DNA of 64,000 nt, taken from the NCBI RefSeq assembly GCF_009914755.1, contig NC_060933.1; one strand, given 5' to 3'. Shown piece by piece: positions 1-13,970 of the stretch (positions are counted from its first letter, which is position 1; every line of letters starts with the position of its first letter). Source of the stretch: the human T2T-CHM13v2.0 reference genome, Homo sapiens. The notes beneath the pieces were generated by a model that saw nothing but the letters and a program-made list of their open reading frames with translations, was not told the origin of the DNA and did no database searches. Both the position numbers and the translations under genes were made by a program.

Positions 1-1028
1 ATGGAATGGAATTAACCCGAATAGAATGGAATGGAAAGGAATGGAACGGAACGGAATGGAATGGAATGGAATGGAATGGAATGCAATGGAATGGAAAGGA
101 AAGGAATGGAATGGAATGGAATGGAATGGAATGGAATGGAATGGAATCAACGCGAGTGCAGGGGAATGGAATGGAATGGAATGCAATGGAATGTAATCTT
201 CCGGAATGGAATGGAATGGAATGCAATAGATTCAACTCGATTGCAATGGAATGCAATAGAATGGAATAGAATGGAATGGAAAGGAATGGAACGGAACAGA
301 ATGGAATGGAATGGGATGGAATAGAATGGAATGGAATGGAATGGAACGGAACGGAATGGAATGGAATGGAATGGAATGGAATGGAATGGAATGGAATTGT
401 ATGGAATGGAATGGTATGGTACGGAATTGAATGGAATGGAAAGAATTGGAATGGAATGGAATCGAATGGAATGGTATGGAATGGAATGGAATGGAATGGA
501 ATCAACCCGAGTGCAGGGGAATGAAATGGATCGGAATGCAGTGGAATGGAATCATCCGGAATTGAATGGAATGGAATGAAATGGAATGGAATCAACCCCA
601 GTGCAATGGAATGGAGTGGAATGGAATGGAATGGAATGGAACAACAGGAATGGAATGGAATGGAATGGAGAGTAAGGGAGTTGAATAGAATCAACCCGAA
701 AGTAATGGAATGGAATGGAACGTAATGGAATGGAATGGAATGCAATGGAATGGAATCAACCCGAGTAAAATGGAATAGAATGAAATGGAATGGAATGGAA
801 TGGAATTGAATGGAATGGAATGGAATGCAATGGAATGCAATCAACCAGAGTGCAATGGAATGGAGAGGAATGGAATGGAATGGAATGGAAACTACCCGAA
901 TGGAACGAAATGTAATGGAGTGTAAGGGAATTGAAAAGAATCAATCCGAATGTGATGGAATGGAATGGAACGGAATGGAATGGAATGGAATGGAATGGAA
1001 TGGAATGGAATGGAATGCAATAGAATGG

Positions 1029-1190
1029 AATCAACCCGAGTGCAATCGAATGGAATCGAATGGAATGGAATGCAATGGAATGGATTCAACTTGAATGGAA
1101 TGGAAAGAATGGAATCAACACGAGTGGAAGGGCATGGATTGGAATGCAATGGAATGGAATCAACCCGAGTACAGGGGAATGGAATGGAAT
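1029..1190 (+). repeat. pHuR98-like ~160-bp satellite III module (first of ~25-30 copies)
   Basis: AATCAACCCGAGTGCAATCGAATGGAATCG...GGATTCAACTTGAATGGAATGGAAAGAATGGAATCAACACGAGTGG...GCATGGATTGG...CAACCCGAGTACAGG. Recurs near 1847, 9640, 10528, 12224, 13731, 15023, 16510, 18880, 21260, 28782, 31147, 46498, 50849 and 58696. Identity with pHuR98 is from memory, not from a search. Confidence 0.7.
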
Positions 1191-2283
1191 GGAATGCAAT
1201 GGAATGGAATCATCCGTAATGGAATGGAAAGGAATGGAATGGAATGGAATGGAATGGAATGGAATGCAATGGAATGGAATCAACACGATTGCAATCGAAT
1301 GGAATGGAATGGAATTAACCCGAATAGAATGGAATGGAATGGAATGGAACGGAACGGAATGGAATGGAATGGAATGGAACGGAATGGAATGGAAAGGAAT
1401 GGAATGGAATGGAATGGAATGGAATGGAATGGAATCAACGCGAGTGCAGGGGAATGGAATGGAATGGAATGCAATGGAATGGAATGGAATAAACCCGAGT
1501 GCAATGGAATGGAGTGGAATGGAATGGAATGGAATGGAGCAACCCGAACGGAATGGAATGTAATGGAGAGTAAGGGAGTTGAATAGAATCAATCCGAATG
1601 TAATGGAATGGAATGGAACGGAATGGAATTGAATGGAATGGAATGGAATGCAATGGAATGGAATCAACCCGAGTGCAATGGAATGGAGAGGAATGGAATG
1701 GAATGGAATGGAAACTACCCGAATGGAATGGAATGTAACGGAGTGTAAGGGAATTGAATAGAATCAATCCGAATGTAATGGAATGGAATGGAACGGAATG
1801 GAATGGAATGGAATGGAATGCAATGGAATGGAATGCAATGGAATGGAATCAACCCGAGTGCAATCGAATGGAATCGAATGGAATGGAATGCAATGGAATG
1901 GATTCAACTTGAATGGAATGGAAAGAATGGAATCAATACGAGTGGAAGGGCATGGATTGGAATGCAATGGAATGGAATCAACCCGAGTACAGGGGAATGG
2001 AATGGAATGGAATGCAATAGAATGGAATCATCCGTAATGGAATGGAAAGGAATGGAATGGAATGGAATGGAATCAACACGATTGCAATCGAATGGAATGG
2101 AATGGAATTAACCCGAATAGAATGGAATGGAATGGAATGGAACGGAACGGAATGGAATGGAATGGAATGGAATGGAATGGAACGGAACGGAACGGAACGG
2201 AATGGAATGGAATGGAATGGAATGGAATGGAATAGAATCAACGCGAGTGCAGGGGAATGGAATGGAATGCAATGCAATGGAAT

Positions 2284-2298
2284 GGAATCTTCCGGAAT
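2284..2298. promoter_or_regulatory. Perfect three-unit heat-shock element motif (first of ~45 copies)
   Basis: gGAAt-cTTCc-gGAAt matches nGAAnnTTCnnGAAn. Other starts: 3711, 5973, 6153, 7456, 9259, 10112, 11853, 13315, 14647, 18464, 19402, 20839, 23214, 28136, 29228, 33435, 33695, 35832, 37146, 41412, 42720, 45372, 46092, 46960, 47340, 48208, 48638, 49353, 49733, 50443, 51286, 53483, 54772, 55767, 56047, 58285, 59158. The motif match is certain; function is inferred. Confidence 0.6.
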
Positions 2299-5200
2299 GG
2301 AATGGAATGGAATGCAATGGAATGGAATTAACCCGAGTAGAATGGAATGGAATGGAATGGAACGGAATGGAACGGAACGGAATGGAATGGAATGGAATGG
2401 AATGGAATGGTATGGAAAGGAATGGAATGGTACGGAATAGAATGGAATGGAACGAATTGTAATGGAATGGAATTGAATGGAATGGAATGGAATGGAATGG
2501 AATGGAATCAACGCGAGAGCAGGGGAATGTAATGGAACGGAATGCAATGGAATGGAATCATCCGGAATGGAATGGAATGGAATGGAATGGAATGGAATCA
2601 ACCCGAGTGCAATGGAATGGAGTGGAATGGAATGGAATGGAATGGAACAACCCGAATGGAATGGAATGTAATGGAGAGTAAGGGAGTTGAATAGAATCAA
2701 TCCGAATGTAATGGAATGGAATGCAACGGAATGGAATGGAATGGAATGCAATAGAATGGAATGGAATGGAATGCAAAGGAATGGAATCAACCCGAGTGGA
2801 ATGGCATGGAATGGAATGCAATGGATTGGAATGGAATGGAATCAACTCGAGTGGAAAGGAATGGAATGGAATGGAAAGGAATGGAATGAAGTCAACTCGA
2901 GTGGAATGGAATGGAATGGAAAGGATTGGAATGGATTGCAATGGAATGAAGTGGAATGGAATGGAATGGAATCAATCATTCCGAGTGGAATAGAAGGGAA
3001 TGTAATGCAGTGGAAACAAGGGAATGGAATCAACCCGAGTGGAATGCAAGGCAATGGAATGGAATGGAAAGGAATGGAATGGAATCAACTCGATTGCAAT
3101 GGAATGGAATGGAATGGAATGGAATGGAATGGAATTAACCAGAATAGAATGGAATGGAATGGAATGGAACGGAATGGAATGGAATGGAAGGGAATGGAAT
3201 CAACACGAGTGCAGGGGAATGGAATGGAATGGAATGCAATGGAATGGAATCATCCGGAATGGAATGGAATGGAATGGAATCAACTCCATTGCAATGGAAT
3301 GGAATGGAATGGAATGGAATAGAATGGAATGGAATTAACCCGAATAGAATGGAATGCAATAGAAGGGAATGCAACGGAAACGAAGGGAGTGGAATGGAAT
3401 GGAATGGAATCAACCCGAGTACAGGGGAATGGAATGGAATGGAAAGCAATGGAATGGAGTCTTCCGTAATGGAATGGAAAGGAATGGAATGGAATGGAAT
3501 GGAATGGAATGGAATGGAATCAACTCGATGGCAATCGAATGGATTGGAATGGAATTAACCCGAATAGAATGGAATGGAATGGAATGGAACGGAACGGAAT
3601 GGAATGGAATGGAATGGAATGGAATGGAATGGAACGGAATGGAATGGAATGGAATGGAATGGAATCAACGCGAGTGCAGGGGAATGGAATGGAATGGAAT
3701 GTAATGGAATGGAATCTTCCGGAATGGAATGGAAAGGAATGGAATGGAATGAAAGGCAATGGATTCAACTCGATTTCAATGGAATGGAATAGAATGGAAC
3801 GGAATGGAATGGAATGGAATGGAATGGAATGGAATGGAATGGAATGGAATGGAATCAACTAGATGGCAATCGAATGGAATGGAATGGAATCAACCCGAGT
3901 GCAGGGGAATGGAATGGAATGGAATGCAATGGAATGGAATCATCCGGAATGGAATGGAATGGAATGGAATGCAAAGCAATGGAATCAACTCGATTGCAAT
4001 GGAATGGAATGGAATGGAAAGGAATAGAATGGAATCAACCCGAGTGTAATGGAATGGAAAGGACTGGAATGGAGTGGAATGGAATGGAATGGAATGGAAT
4101 GGAATGGAATCAACTCGATTGGAATGGAATGGAATGGAATGGAATGGAATGGAATGGAATTAACCCGAATAGAATGGAATGGAATGGAATGGAACGGAAA
4201 GGAATGGAATGGAATGGAATGGAATGGAATGGAATCAACCTGACTGCAGGGGAATGGAATGAAATGGAATGGAATGGAATGGAATCATCCGGAACGGAAT
4301 GGAATGGAATGGAATGGAATCAACTCGATTGCAATGGAATGGAATGGAATGGAATGGAATTAACCGGAATAGAATGGAATGGAATGGAATGGAACGGAAT
4401 GGAATGGAATGGAATGGAATGGAATGGAATGGAATGGAATCAACCCGAGTGCAGGGGAATGGAATGGAATGGAATGCAATGGAATGGAATCATCCGGAAT
4501 GGAATGGAATGGAATGGAATGCAATCAACCTGATGCAATGGAATGGAGTGGAATGGAATGGAATGGAATGGAAACATCCCGAATGTAATGGAATGTAATG
4601 GAGTGTAAGGGAATTGAATAGAATCAATCCGAATGTAATGGAATGGAATGGAATGAAATGGAAAGGAATGGAATGGAATGGAATGGAATCAACCCGAGTG
4701 CAATGGAATGGATTCGAATGGAATGGAATGGAATGGAATGGATTCAACAAGAGTGGAATGGAAAGGAATGGAATCAACCCGAGTGTAATGGCATGGAATG
4801 GAACGGATTGGAATGGGATGGAATGGAATGGTACGGAATAGAATGGAATGGAATGATATGGAATGGAATGGAATGGAATGGAATGGAATGGAATGGAATG
4901 GAATGAACCCGTGTGCAATGGAATGGAATGGAATGGAATGGAATGGATTCAACTCGAATGGAATCAACTCGATTGCAATGGAATGGAATGGAATTGAAAG
5001 GAATAGAATGGAATCAACCCGAGTGGAATGGAATGGAAAGGACTGGAATGGAGTGGAATGGAATGGAATGGAATTAACCCGAATAGAATGAAATGGAACG
5101 GAATGGAATGGAATGGAATGGAATGGAATGGAATGGAATCAACCCGAGTGCAGGGGAATGGAATGGAATGGAATGCAATGGAATGAAATTATCCGGAATG

Positions 5201-8159
5201 GAATGGAATGGAATGGAATGGAATGGAATTGAATGGAATCAACTCGATTTCAATGGAATGGAATGGAATAGAATGGAATGGAATTAACACGAAAGAATGG
5301 AATGGAATGGAATGGAATGGAATGGAAAAGAAAGGAATGGAATGGAATGGAATGGAATCAACCCAAGTGCAGGGGAATGGAATGCAATGGAATTCAATGG
5401 AATGGAATCATCCCGAATGGAATGGAATGGAATGGAATGGAATGGAATGGAATGGAATCAACCCGAGTGCAATGGAATAGAGAGGAATGGAATGGAATGG
5501 AATGGAAACTACACGAATGGAATGGAATGTAATGGAGTGTAAGGGAATTGAATAGAATGAATCCGAATGGAATGGAATGGAATGGAATGGAATGGAATGG
5601 AATGGAATGGAATGCAATGGAATGGAATCAACCCAAGAGCAATCGAATGGAATCGAATGGAATGGAATGCAATGGAATGGATTGAACTTGAATGGAATGG
5701 AAAGAATGGAATCATAACGAGTGGAATGGCATGGTTTGGAATGGAATGGAATGGAATCAACTCGATTGCAATCGAATGGAATGGAATGGAATTAACCCGA
5801 ATAGAATGGAATGGAATGGAATGGAATGGAACGGAACGGAATGGAATGGTATGGAATGGAATGGAACGGATCGGAATGGAATGGAATGGAATGGAATGGA
5901 ATGGAATGGAATGCAATGGAATGGAATCAACGCGAGTGCAGGGAAAAGGAATGGAATGGAATGCAATGGAATGGAATCTTCCGGAATGGAATGGAATGGA
6001 ATGGAATAGAATGGAATGGAATGGAATGGAATGGAATGGAATCAACCCGAGTACAGGGGAATGGAATGGAATGTAATGCAGTGGAATGGAATCATCCGTA
6101 ATGGAATGGAAAGGAATGGAATGGAATGGAATGGAATGGAATGCAATGGAATGGAATCTTCCGGAATGGAATAGAATGGAATGCAATGGATTCAACTCGA
6201 TTGCAATGGAATGGAATGGAATGGAATTGAATGCAATGGATTCATCTCTATTGCAATGGAATGGAATAGAATGGAATGGAATGGAATGGAATGGAATTAA
6301 CCCGAAAAAAATGGAATGGAATGGAATGGAACGGAACGGAACAGAACGGAATGGAATGGAATGGAATGGAATGGAATGGAATGGAATGGTATGGAATGGA
6401 ATGGAATGTACGGAATAGAATGGAATGGAAACAATTGGAATGGAATGGAATCGAATGGAATGGAATGGAATTGAATGGAATCAACCCGAGTGCAGGAGAA
6501 TGTAATGGAACGGAATGTAATGGAATGGAATCATCCGGAATGGAATGGAATGGAATGGAATGGAATGGAATGGAACCAACTCGATTGTGATGGAATGGAA
6601 TGGAATGGAATGGAATGGAATTAACCCGAATACAATGGAATGGAATGGAATGGAACGTAATGGAGTGGAATGGAATGGAATCATCCCGAGTGCAGGGGAA
6701 TGGAATGGAATGGAATGCAATGGAATGGAATCATCCGGAATGGAATGCAAAGCAATGGAATCAACTCGATTGCAATGGAATGGAATGGAATGGAAAAGAA
6801 TACATTGGAATCAACCCGAGTGGAATGGAATGGAAAGGACTGGAATGGAGTGGAATGGAATGGAATGGAATGGAATGGAATCAACTCGATTAGAATGGAA
6901 TGGAATGGAATGGAATGGAATGGAATTAACCCGAATAGAATGGAATGGAATGGAATGGAATGGAACGGAACGGAACGGAACGGAATGGAATGGAATGGAA
7001 TGGAATGGAATGGAATGGAATGGAATCAACCTGACTGCAGGGGAATGGAATGGAATGGAATGCAATGGAAAGGATTCAACTTGAATGGAATGGAAAGAGT
7101 GGAATCAACACGAGTGGAATGCCATGGATTGGAATGGAATGGAATGGAATCAACCCGAGTACAGGGGAATGGAATGGAATGGAATGCAATAGAATGGAAT
7201 CATCCGTACTGGAATGGAAAGCAATGGAATGGAATGGAATGGAATGGAATGGAATCAACTCGATTGCAGTCGAATGGAATGGAATGGAATTAACCTGAAT
7301 AGAATTGAATGGAATGGAATGGAACGGAACGGAACGGAATGGAATGGAATGGAATGGAATGGAATGGAACGGAACGGAACGGAATGGAATGGAATGGAAT
7401 GGAATGGAATCAACGCGAGTGCAGGGGAATGGAATGGACTGGAATGCAATGGAATGGAATCTTCCGGAATGGAATGGAATGGAATGGAATGGAATGGAAT
7501 GAAATGCAATGGATTCAACTCGATTGCAATGGAATGGAATAGAACGGAATGGAATGGAATGGAACAGAATGAACCCGAATAGAATGGAATGGAATGCAAT
7601 GGAACGGAATGGAACGGAATGGAATGGAATGGAATGGAATGGAATGGTATGGAATGGAATGGAATGGTACGGATTATAATGGAATGTAACTAATTGTAAT
7701 TTAATGGAATTGAATGGAATGGAATGGAATCAACGCGAGTGCAGGGGAATGTAATGGAACGGAATGCAATGGAATGGAATCATCCGGAATGGAATGGAAT
7801 GGAATGGAATGGAACGGAATGGAATCAACCCGAGTGCAATGGAATGGAGTGGAATGTTATGGAATGGAATGGAACAACCCGAATGGAATGGAATGTAATG
7901 GAATGTAATTGAGTTGAATAGAATCAATCCGAATGGAATGGAATGGAATGCAACGGAATGGAATGGAATGGAATGCAATGGAATGCAATCAACCAGAGTA
8001 CAATGGAATGGAATGGAATGGAATGGAATGGAATGGAATGCCTTCAAACCGAATGGAATGGAAAGGAATGGAATCAACACGAGTGGAATGGAATGGAATG
8101 GAATTGAATGGAAGGGAATGATACGGAATAGAATGGAATGGAACGAAATGGAATGGAAT

Positions 8160-11100
8160 GGAATGGAATGGAATGGAATGGAATGGAATGGAATCGTTCC
8201 GAGTGGAATAGGAGGGAATGTATTCGAGTGGAATGGAAAGGAATGGAATCAACCAGAGTGGAATGGAAACTAATAGAATGGAATCAACCCGAGTGGAATG
8301 GAATGGAAAGGACTGGAATGGAATGGAACGGAATGGAATCAACTCGATTGTAATGGAATGGAATGGAATGGAATGGAATGGAATGGAATTAACCCGAATA
8401 CAATGGAATGGAATGGAATGGAACGGAATGGAGTGGAATGGAATGGAATCAACCCGAGTGCAGGGGAATGGAATGGAATGGAATGCAATGGAATGGAATC
8501 ATCCGGAATGGAATGGAATGGAATGGAATGCAAAGCAATGGAATCAACTCGATTGCAATGGAATGGAATGGAATGGAAAGGAATACATTGGAATCAACCC
8601 GAGTGGAATGGAATGGAAAGGACTGGAATGGAGTGGAATGGAATGGAATGGAATGGAATGGAATCAACTCGATTGGAATGGAATGGAATGGAATGGAATG
8701 GAATGGAATTAACCCGAATAGAATGGAATGGAATGGAATGGAAAGGAACGGAACGGAATGGAATGGAATGGAATGGAATGGAATGGAATGGAATGGAATG
8801 CAATGGAATCAACCCGACTGCAGGGGAATGGAATGGAATGGAATGCAATGGAATGGATTCAACTTGAATGGAATGGAAAGAATGGAATCAACACGAGTGG
8901 AATGGCATGGATTGGAATGGAATGGAATGGAATGAACCCGAGTACAGGGGAATGGAATGGAATGGAATGCAATGGAATGGAATCATCCGGAATGGAATGG
9001 AATGGAATGGAATGGAATGGAATGGAATGGAATGGAATCAACTCGATTGCAATCGAATGGAATGGAATGGAATTAACCCGAATAGAATGGAATGGAATGG
9101 AATGGAACGGAACGGAACAGAATGCAATGGAATGGAATGGAATGGAATGGAATGGAATGGAACGGAAAGGAATGGAATGGAATGGAATGGAATGTAATGG
9201 AATGGAATGGAATCAACGCGAGTGCAGGGGAATGGAATGGAATGGAATGCAATAGAATGGAATCTTCCGGAATGGAATGGAATGGAATGGAATGGAATGG
9301 AATGGAATGGAATAAACCCGAGTGCAATGGAATGGAGTGGAATGGAATGGAATGGAATGGAACAGCCCGAATGGAATGGAATGTAATGGAGAGTAAGGGA
9401 GTTGAATAGAATCAATCCGAATGTAATGGAATGGAATGGAACGGAATGGAATTGAATGGAATGGAATGGAATGCAATGGAATGGAATCAACCCGAGTGCA
9501 ATGGAATGGAGAGGAATGGAATGGAATGGAATGGAAACTACCCGAATGGAATGGAATGTAATGGAGTGTAAGGGAATTGAATAGAATCAATCCGAATGTA
9601 ATGGAATGGAATGGAATGGAATGGAATGCAATGGAATGGAATCAACCCGAGTGCAATCGAATGGAATCGAATGGAATGGAATGCAATGGAATGGATTCAA
9701 CTTGAATGGAATGGAAAGAATGGAATCAACACGAGTGGAAGGGCATGGATTGGAATGGAATGGAATGGAATCAACCCGAGTACAGGGGAATGGAATGGAA
9801 TGGAATGCAATGCAATGGAATCATCCGTAATGGAATGGAAAGGAATGGAATGGAATGGAATGGAATGGAATGGAATGGAATCAACTCGATTGCAGTCGAA
9901 TGGAATGGAATGGAATTAACCCGAATAGAATGGAATGGAATGGAATGGAACGGAACGGAACGGAACGCAACGGAATGGAATGGAATGGAATGGAATGGAA
10001 TGGAACGGAAAGGAATGGAATGGAATGGAATGGAATGGAATGGAATGGAATGGAATGGAATGGAATCAACGCGAGTGCAGGGGAATGGAATGGAATGGAA
10101 TGCAATGGAATGGAATCTTCCGGAATGAAATGGAATGGAATGGAATGGAATGGAATGAAATGGAATAAACCCGATTGCAATGGAATGGAGTGGAATGGAA
10201 TGGAATGGAATGGAACAACCCGAATGGAATGGAATGTAATGGAGAGTAAGGGAGTTGAATAGAATCAATCCGAATGTAATGGAATGGAATGGAAAGGAAT
10301 CGAGTTGAATGGAATGGAATGGAATGCAATGGAATGGAATCAACCCGAGTGCAATGGAATGGAGAGGAATGGAATGGAATGGAATGGAAACTACCCGAAT
10401 GGAATGGAATGTAATGGAGTGTAAGGGAATTTAATAGAATCGATCCGAATGTAATGGAATGGAATGGAACGGAACGGAATGGAATGGAATGGAATGGAAT
10501 GGAATGGAATGGAATGCAATGGAATGGAATCAACCCGAGTGCAATCGAATGGAATCGAATGGAATGGCATGCAATGGAATGGATTCAACTTGAATGGAAT
10601 GGAAAGAATGGAATCAACACGAGTGGAAGGGCATGGATTGGAATGCAATGGAATGGAATCAACCTGAGTACAGGGGAATGGAATGGAATGGAATGCAATG
10701 GAATGGAATCATCCGTAATGGAATGGAAAGGAATGGAATGGAATGGAATGGAATGGAATGGAATGGAATGGAATGGAATGGAATCGTTCCGAGTGGAATA
10801 GGAGGGAATGTATTCGAGTGGAATGGAAAGGAATGGAATCAACCAGAGTGGAATGGAAGGGAATGGAATGGAATGGAAACTAATAGAATGGAATCAACCC
10901 GAGTGGAATGGAATGGAAAGGACTGGAATGGAATGGAACGGAATGGAATCAACTCGACTGTAATGGAATGGAATGGAATGGAATGGAATGGAATGGAATT
11001 AACCCGAATACAATGGAATGGAATGGAATGGAACGGAATGGAGTGGAATGGAATGGAATCAACCCGAGTGCAGGGGAATGGAATGGAATGGAATGCAATG

Positions 11101-13970
11101 GAATGGAATCATCCGGAATGGAATGGAATGGAATGGAATGCAAAGCAATGGAATCAACTCGATTGCAATGGAATGGAATGGAATGGAAAGGAATACATTG
11201 GAATCAACCCGAGTGGAATGGAATGGAAAGGACTGGAATGGAGTGGAATGGAATGGAATGGAATGGAATGGAATCAACTCGATTGGAATGGAATGGAATG
11301 GAATGGAATGGAATGGAATTAACCCGAATAGAATGGAATGGAATGGAATGGAACGGAACGGAACGGAACGGAATGGAATGGAATGGAATGGAATGGAATG
11401 GAATGGAATCAACCCGACTGCAGGGGAATGGAATGGAATGGAATGCAATGGAATGGATTCAACTTGAATGGAATGGAAAGAATGGAATCAACACGAGTGG
11501 AATGGCATGGATTGGAATGGAATGGAATGGAATGAACCCGAGTACAGGGGAATGGAATGAAATGGAATGCAATGGAATGGAATCATCCGGAATGGAATGG
11601 AATGGAATGGAATGGAATGGAATTGAATGGAATGGAATCAACTCGATTGCAATCGAATGGAATGGAATGGAATTAACCGAATAGAATGGAATGGAATGGA
11701 ATGGAACGGAACGGAACAGAATGGAATGGAATGGAATGGAATGGAATGGAATGGAACGGAAAGGAATGGAATGGAATGGAATGGAATGGAATGGAATGGA
11801 ATGGAATCAACGCGAGTGCAGGGGAATGGAATGGAATGGAATGCAATGGAATGGAATCTTCCGGAATGGAATGGAATGGAATGGAATGGAATGGAATGGA
11901 ATGGAATAAACCCGAGTGCAATGGAATGGAGTGGAATGGAATGGAATGGAATGGAACAGCCCGAATGGAATGGAATGTAATGGAGAGTAAGGGAGTTGAA
12001 TAGAATCAATCCGAATGTAATGGAATGGAATGGAACGGAATGGAATTGAATGGAATGGAATGGAATGCAATGGAATGGAATCAACCCGAGTGCAATGGAA
12101 TGGAGAGGAATGGAATGGAATGGAATGGAAACTACCCGAATGGAATGGAATGTAATGGAGTGTAAGGGAATTGAATAGAATCAATCCGAATGTAATGGAA
12201 TGGAATGGAATGCAATGGAATGGAATCAACCCGAGTGCAATCGAATGGAATCGAATGGAATGGAATGCAATGGAATGGATTCAACTTAAATGGAATGGAA
12301 TGAATGGAATCAACACGAGTGGAAGGGCATGGATTAGAATGCAATGGAATGGAATCAACCCGAGTACAGGGGAATGGAATGGAATGGAATGCAATGGAAT
12401 GGAATCAACACGATTGCAATCGAATGGAATGGAATGGAATTAACACGAATAGAATGGAATGGAATGGAATGGAACGGAACGGAATGGAATGGAATGGAAT
12501 CAACCCGAGTGCAGGGGAATGGAATGGAATGGAATGCAATGGAATGGAATCATCCGGAATGGAATGGAATGGAATGGAATGGAAAGCAATGGAATCAACT
12601 CGATTGCAATGGAATGGAATGGAATGGAAAGGAATACATTGGAATCAACCCGAGTGGAATGGAATGGAAAGGACTGGAACGGAGTGCAATGTAATGTAAT
12701 GGAATGGAATGGAATGAACTCGATTGGAATGGAATGGAATGGAATGGAATGGAATGGAATGGAATTAACCCGAATAGAATGGAATGGAATGGAATGGAAC
12801 GGAACGGAACGGAATGGAATGGAATGGAATGGAATGGAATGGAATCAACCCGACTGCAGGGGAATGGAATGGAATGGAATGCAATGGAATGGATTCAACT
12901 TGAATGGAATGGAAAGAATGGAATCAACACGAGTGGAATGGCATGGATTGGAATGGAATGGAATGGAATCAACCCGAGTACAGGGGAATGGAATGGAATG
13001 GAATGCAATGGAATGGAATCATCCGTAATGGAATGGAAAGGAATGGAATGGAATGGAATGGAATGGAATGGAATGGAATGGAATCAACTCGATTGCAGTC
13101 GAATGGAATGGAATGGAATTAACCCGAATAGAATGGAATGGAATGCAATGGAACGGAACGGAACGGAACGGAACGGAATGGAATGGAATGGAATGGAATG
13201 GAATGCAACGGAAAGGAATGGAATGGAATGGAATGGAATGGAATGGAATGGAATGGAATGGAATGGAATCAACGCGAGTGCAGGGGAATGGAATGGAATG
13301 GAATGCAATGGAATGGAATCTTCCGGAATGGAATGGAATCGAATGGAATGGAATGGAATGGAATGGAATAAACCCGAGTGCAATGGAATGGAGTGGAATG
13401 GAATGGAATGGAATGGAACAACCCGAATGGAATGGAATGTAATGGAGAGTAAGGGAGTTGAATAGAATCAATCCGAATGTAATGGAAAGGAATGGAAAGG
13501 AATCGAGTTGAATGGAATGGAATGGAATGCAATGGAATGGAATCAACCCGAGTGCAATGGAATGGAGAGGAATGGAATGGAATGGAATGGAAACTACCCG
13601 AATGGAATGGAATGTAATGGAGTGTAAGGGAATTGAATAGAATCGATCCGAATGTAATGGAATGGAATGCAACGGAACGGAATGGAATGGAATGGAATGG
13701 AATGGAATGGAATGGAATGCAATGGAATGGAATCAACCCGAGTGCAATCGAATGGAATCGAATGGAATGGCATGCAATGGAATGGATTCAACTTGAATGG
13801 AATGGAAAGAATGGAATCAACACGAGTGGAAGGGCATGGATTGGAATGCAATGGAATGGAATCAACCTGAGTACAGGGGAATGGAATGGAATGGAATGCA
13901 ATGGAATGGAATCATCCGTAATGGAATGGAAAGGAATGGAATGGAATGGAATGGAATGGAATGGAATGGA
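8160..13970 (+). repeat. Tandem duplication, ~2.6-kb and ~3.2-kb copies differing by a ~600-bp indel
   Basis: Offset ~2.6 kb: GAATCGTTCC 8191/10781, GAATACATTG 8581/11191, AACAGCCCG 9361/11955. Offset then 3203: TTGCAGTCG 9890/13093, GGCATGCAAT 10566/13769, AACCTGAGTAC 10661/13864. Confidence 0.8.

Noticed and set aside
8191-8260. CGTTCCGAGTGGAATAGGAGGGAATGTATTCGAG as a foreign insert
   Set aside because: It stays in the 5-bp register, is traceable to mutated pentamers and recurs more than ten times as an ordinary cassette.
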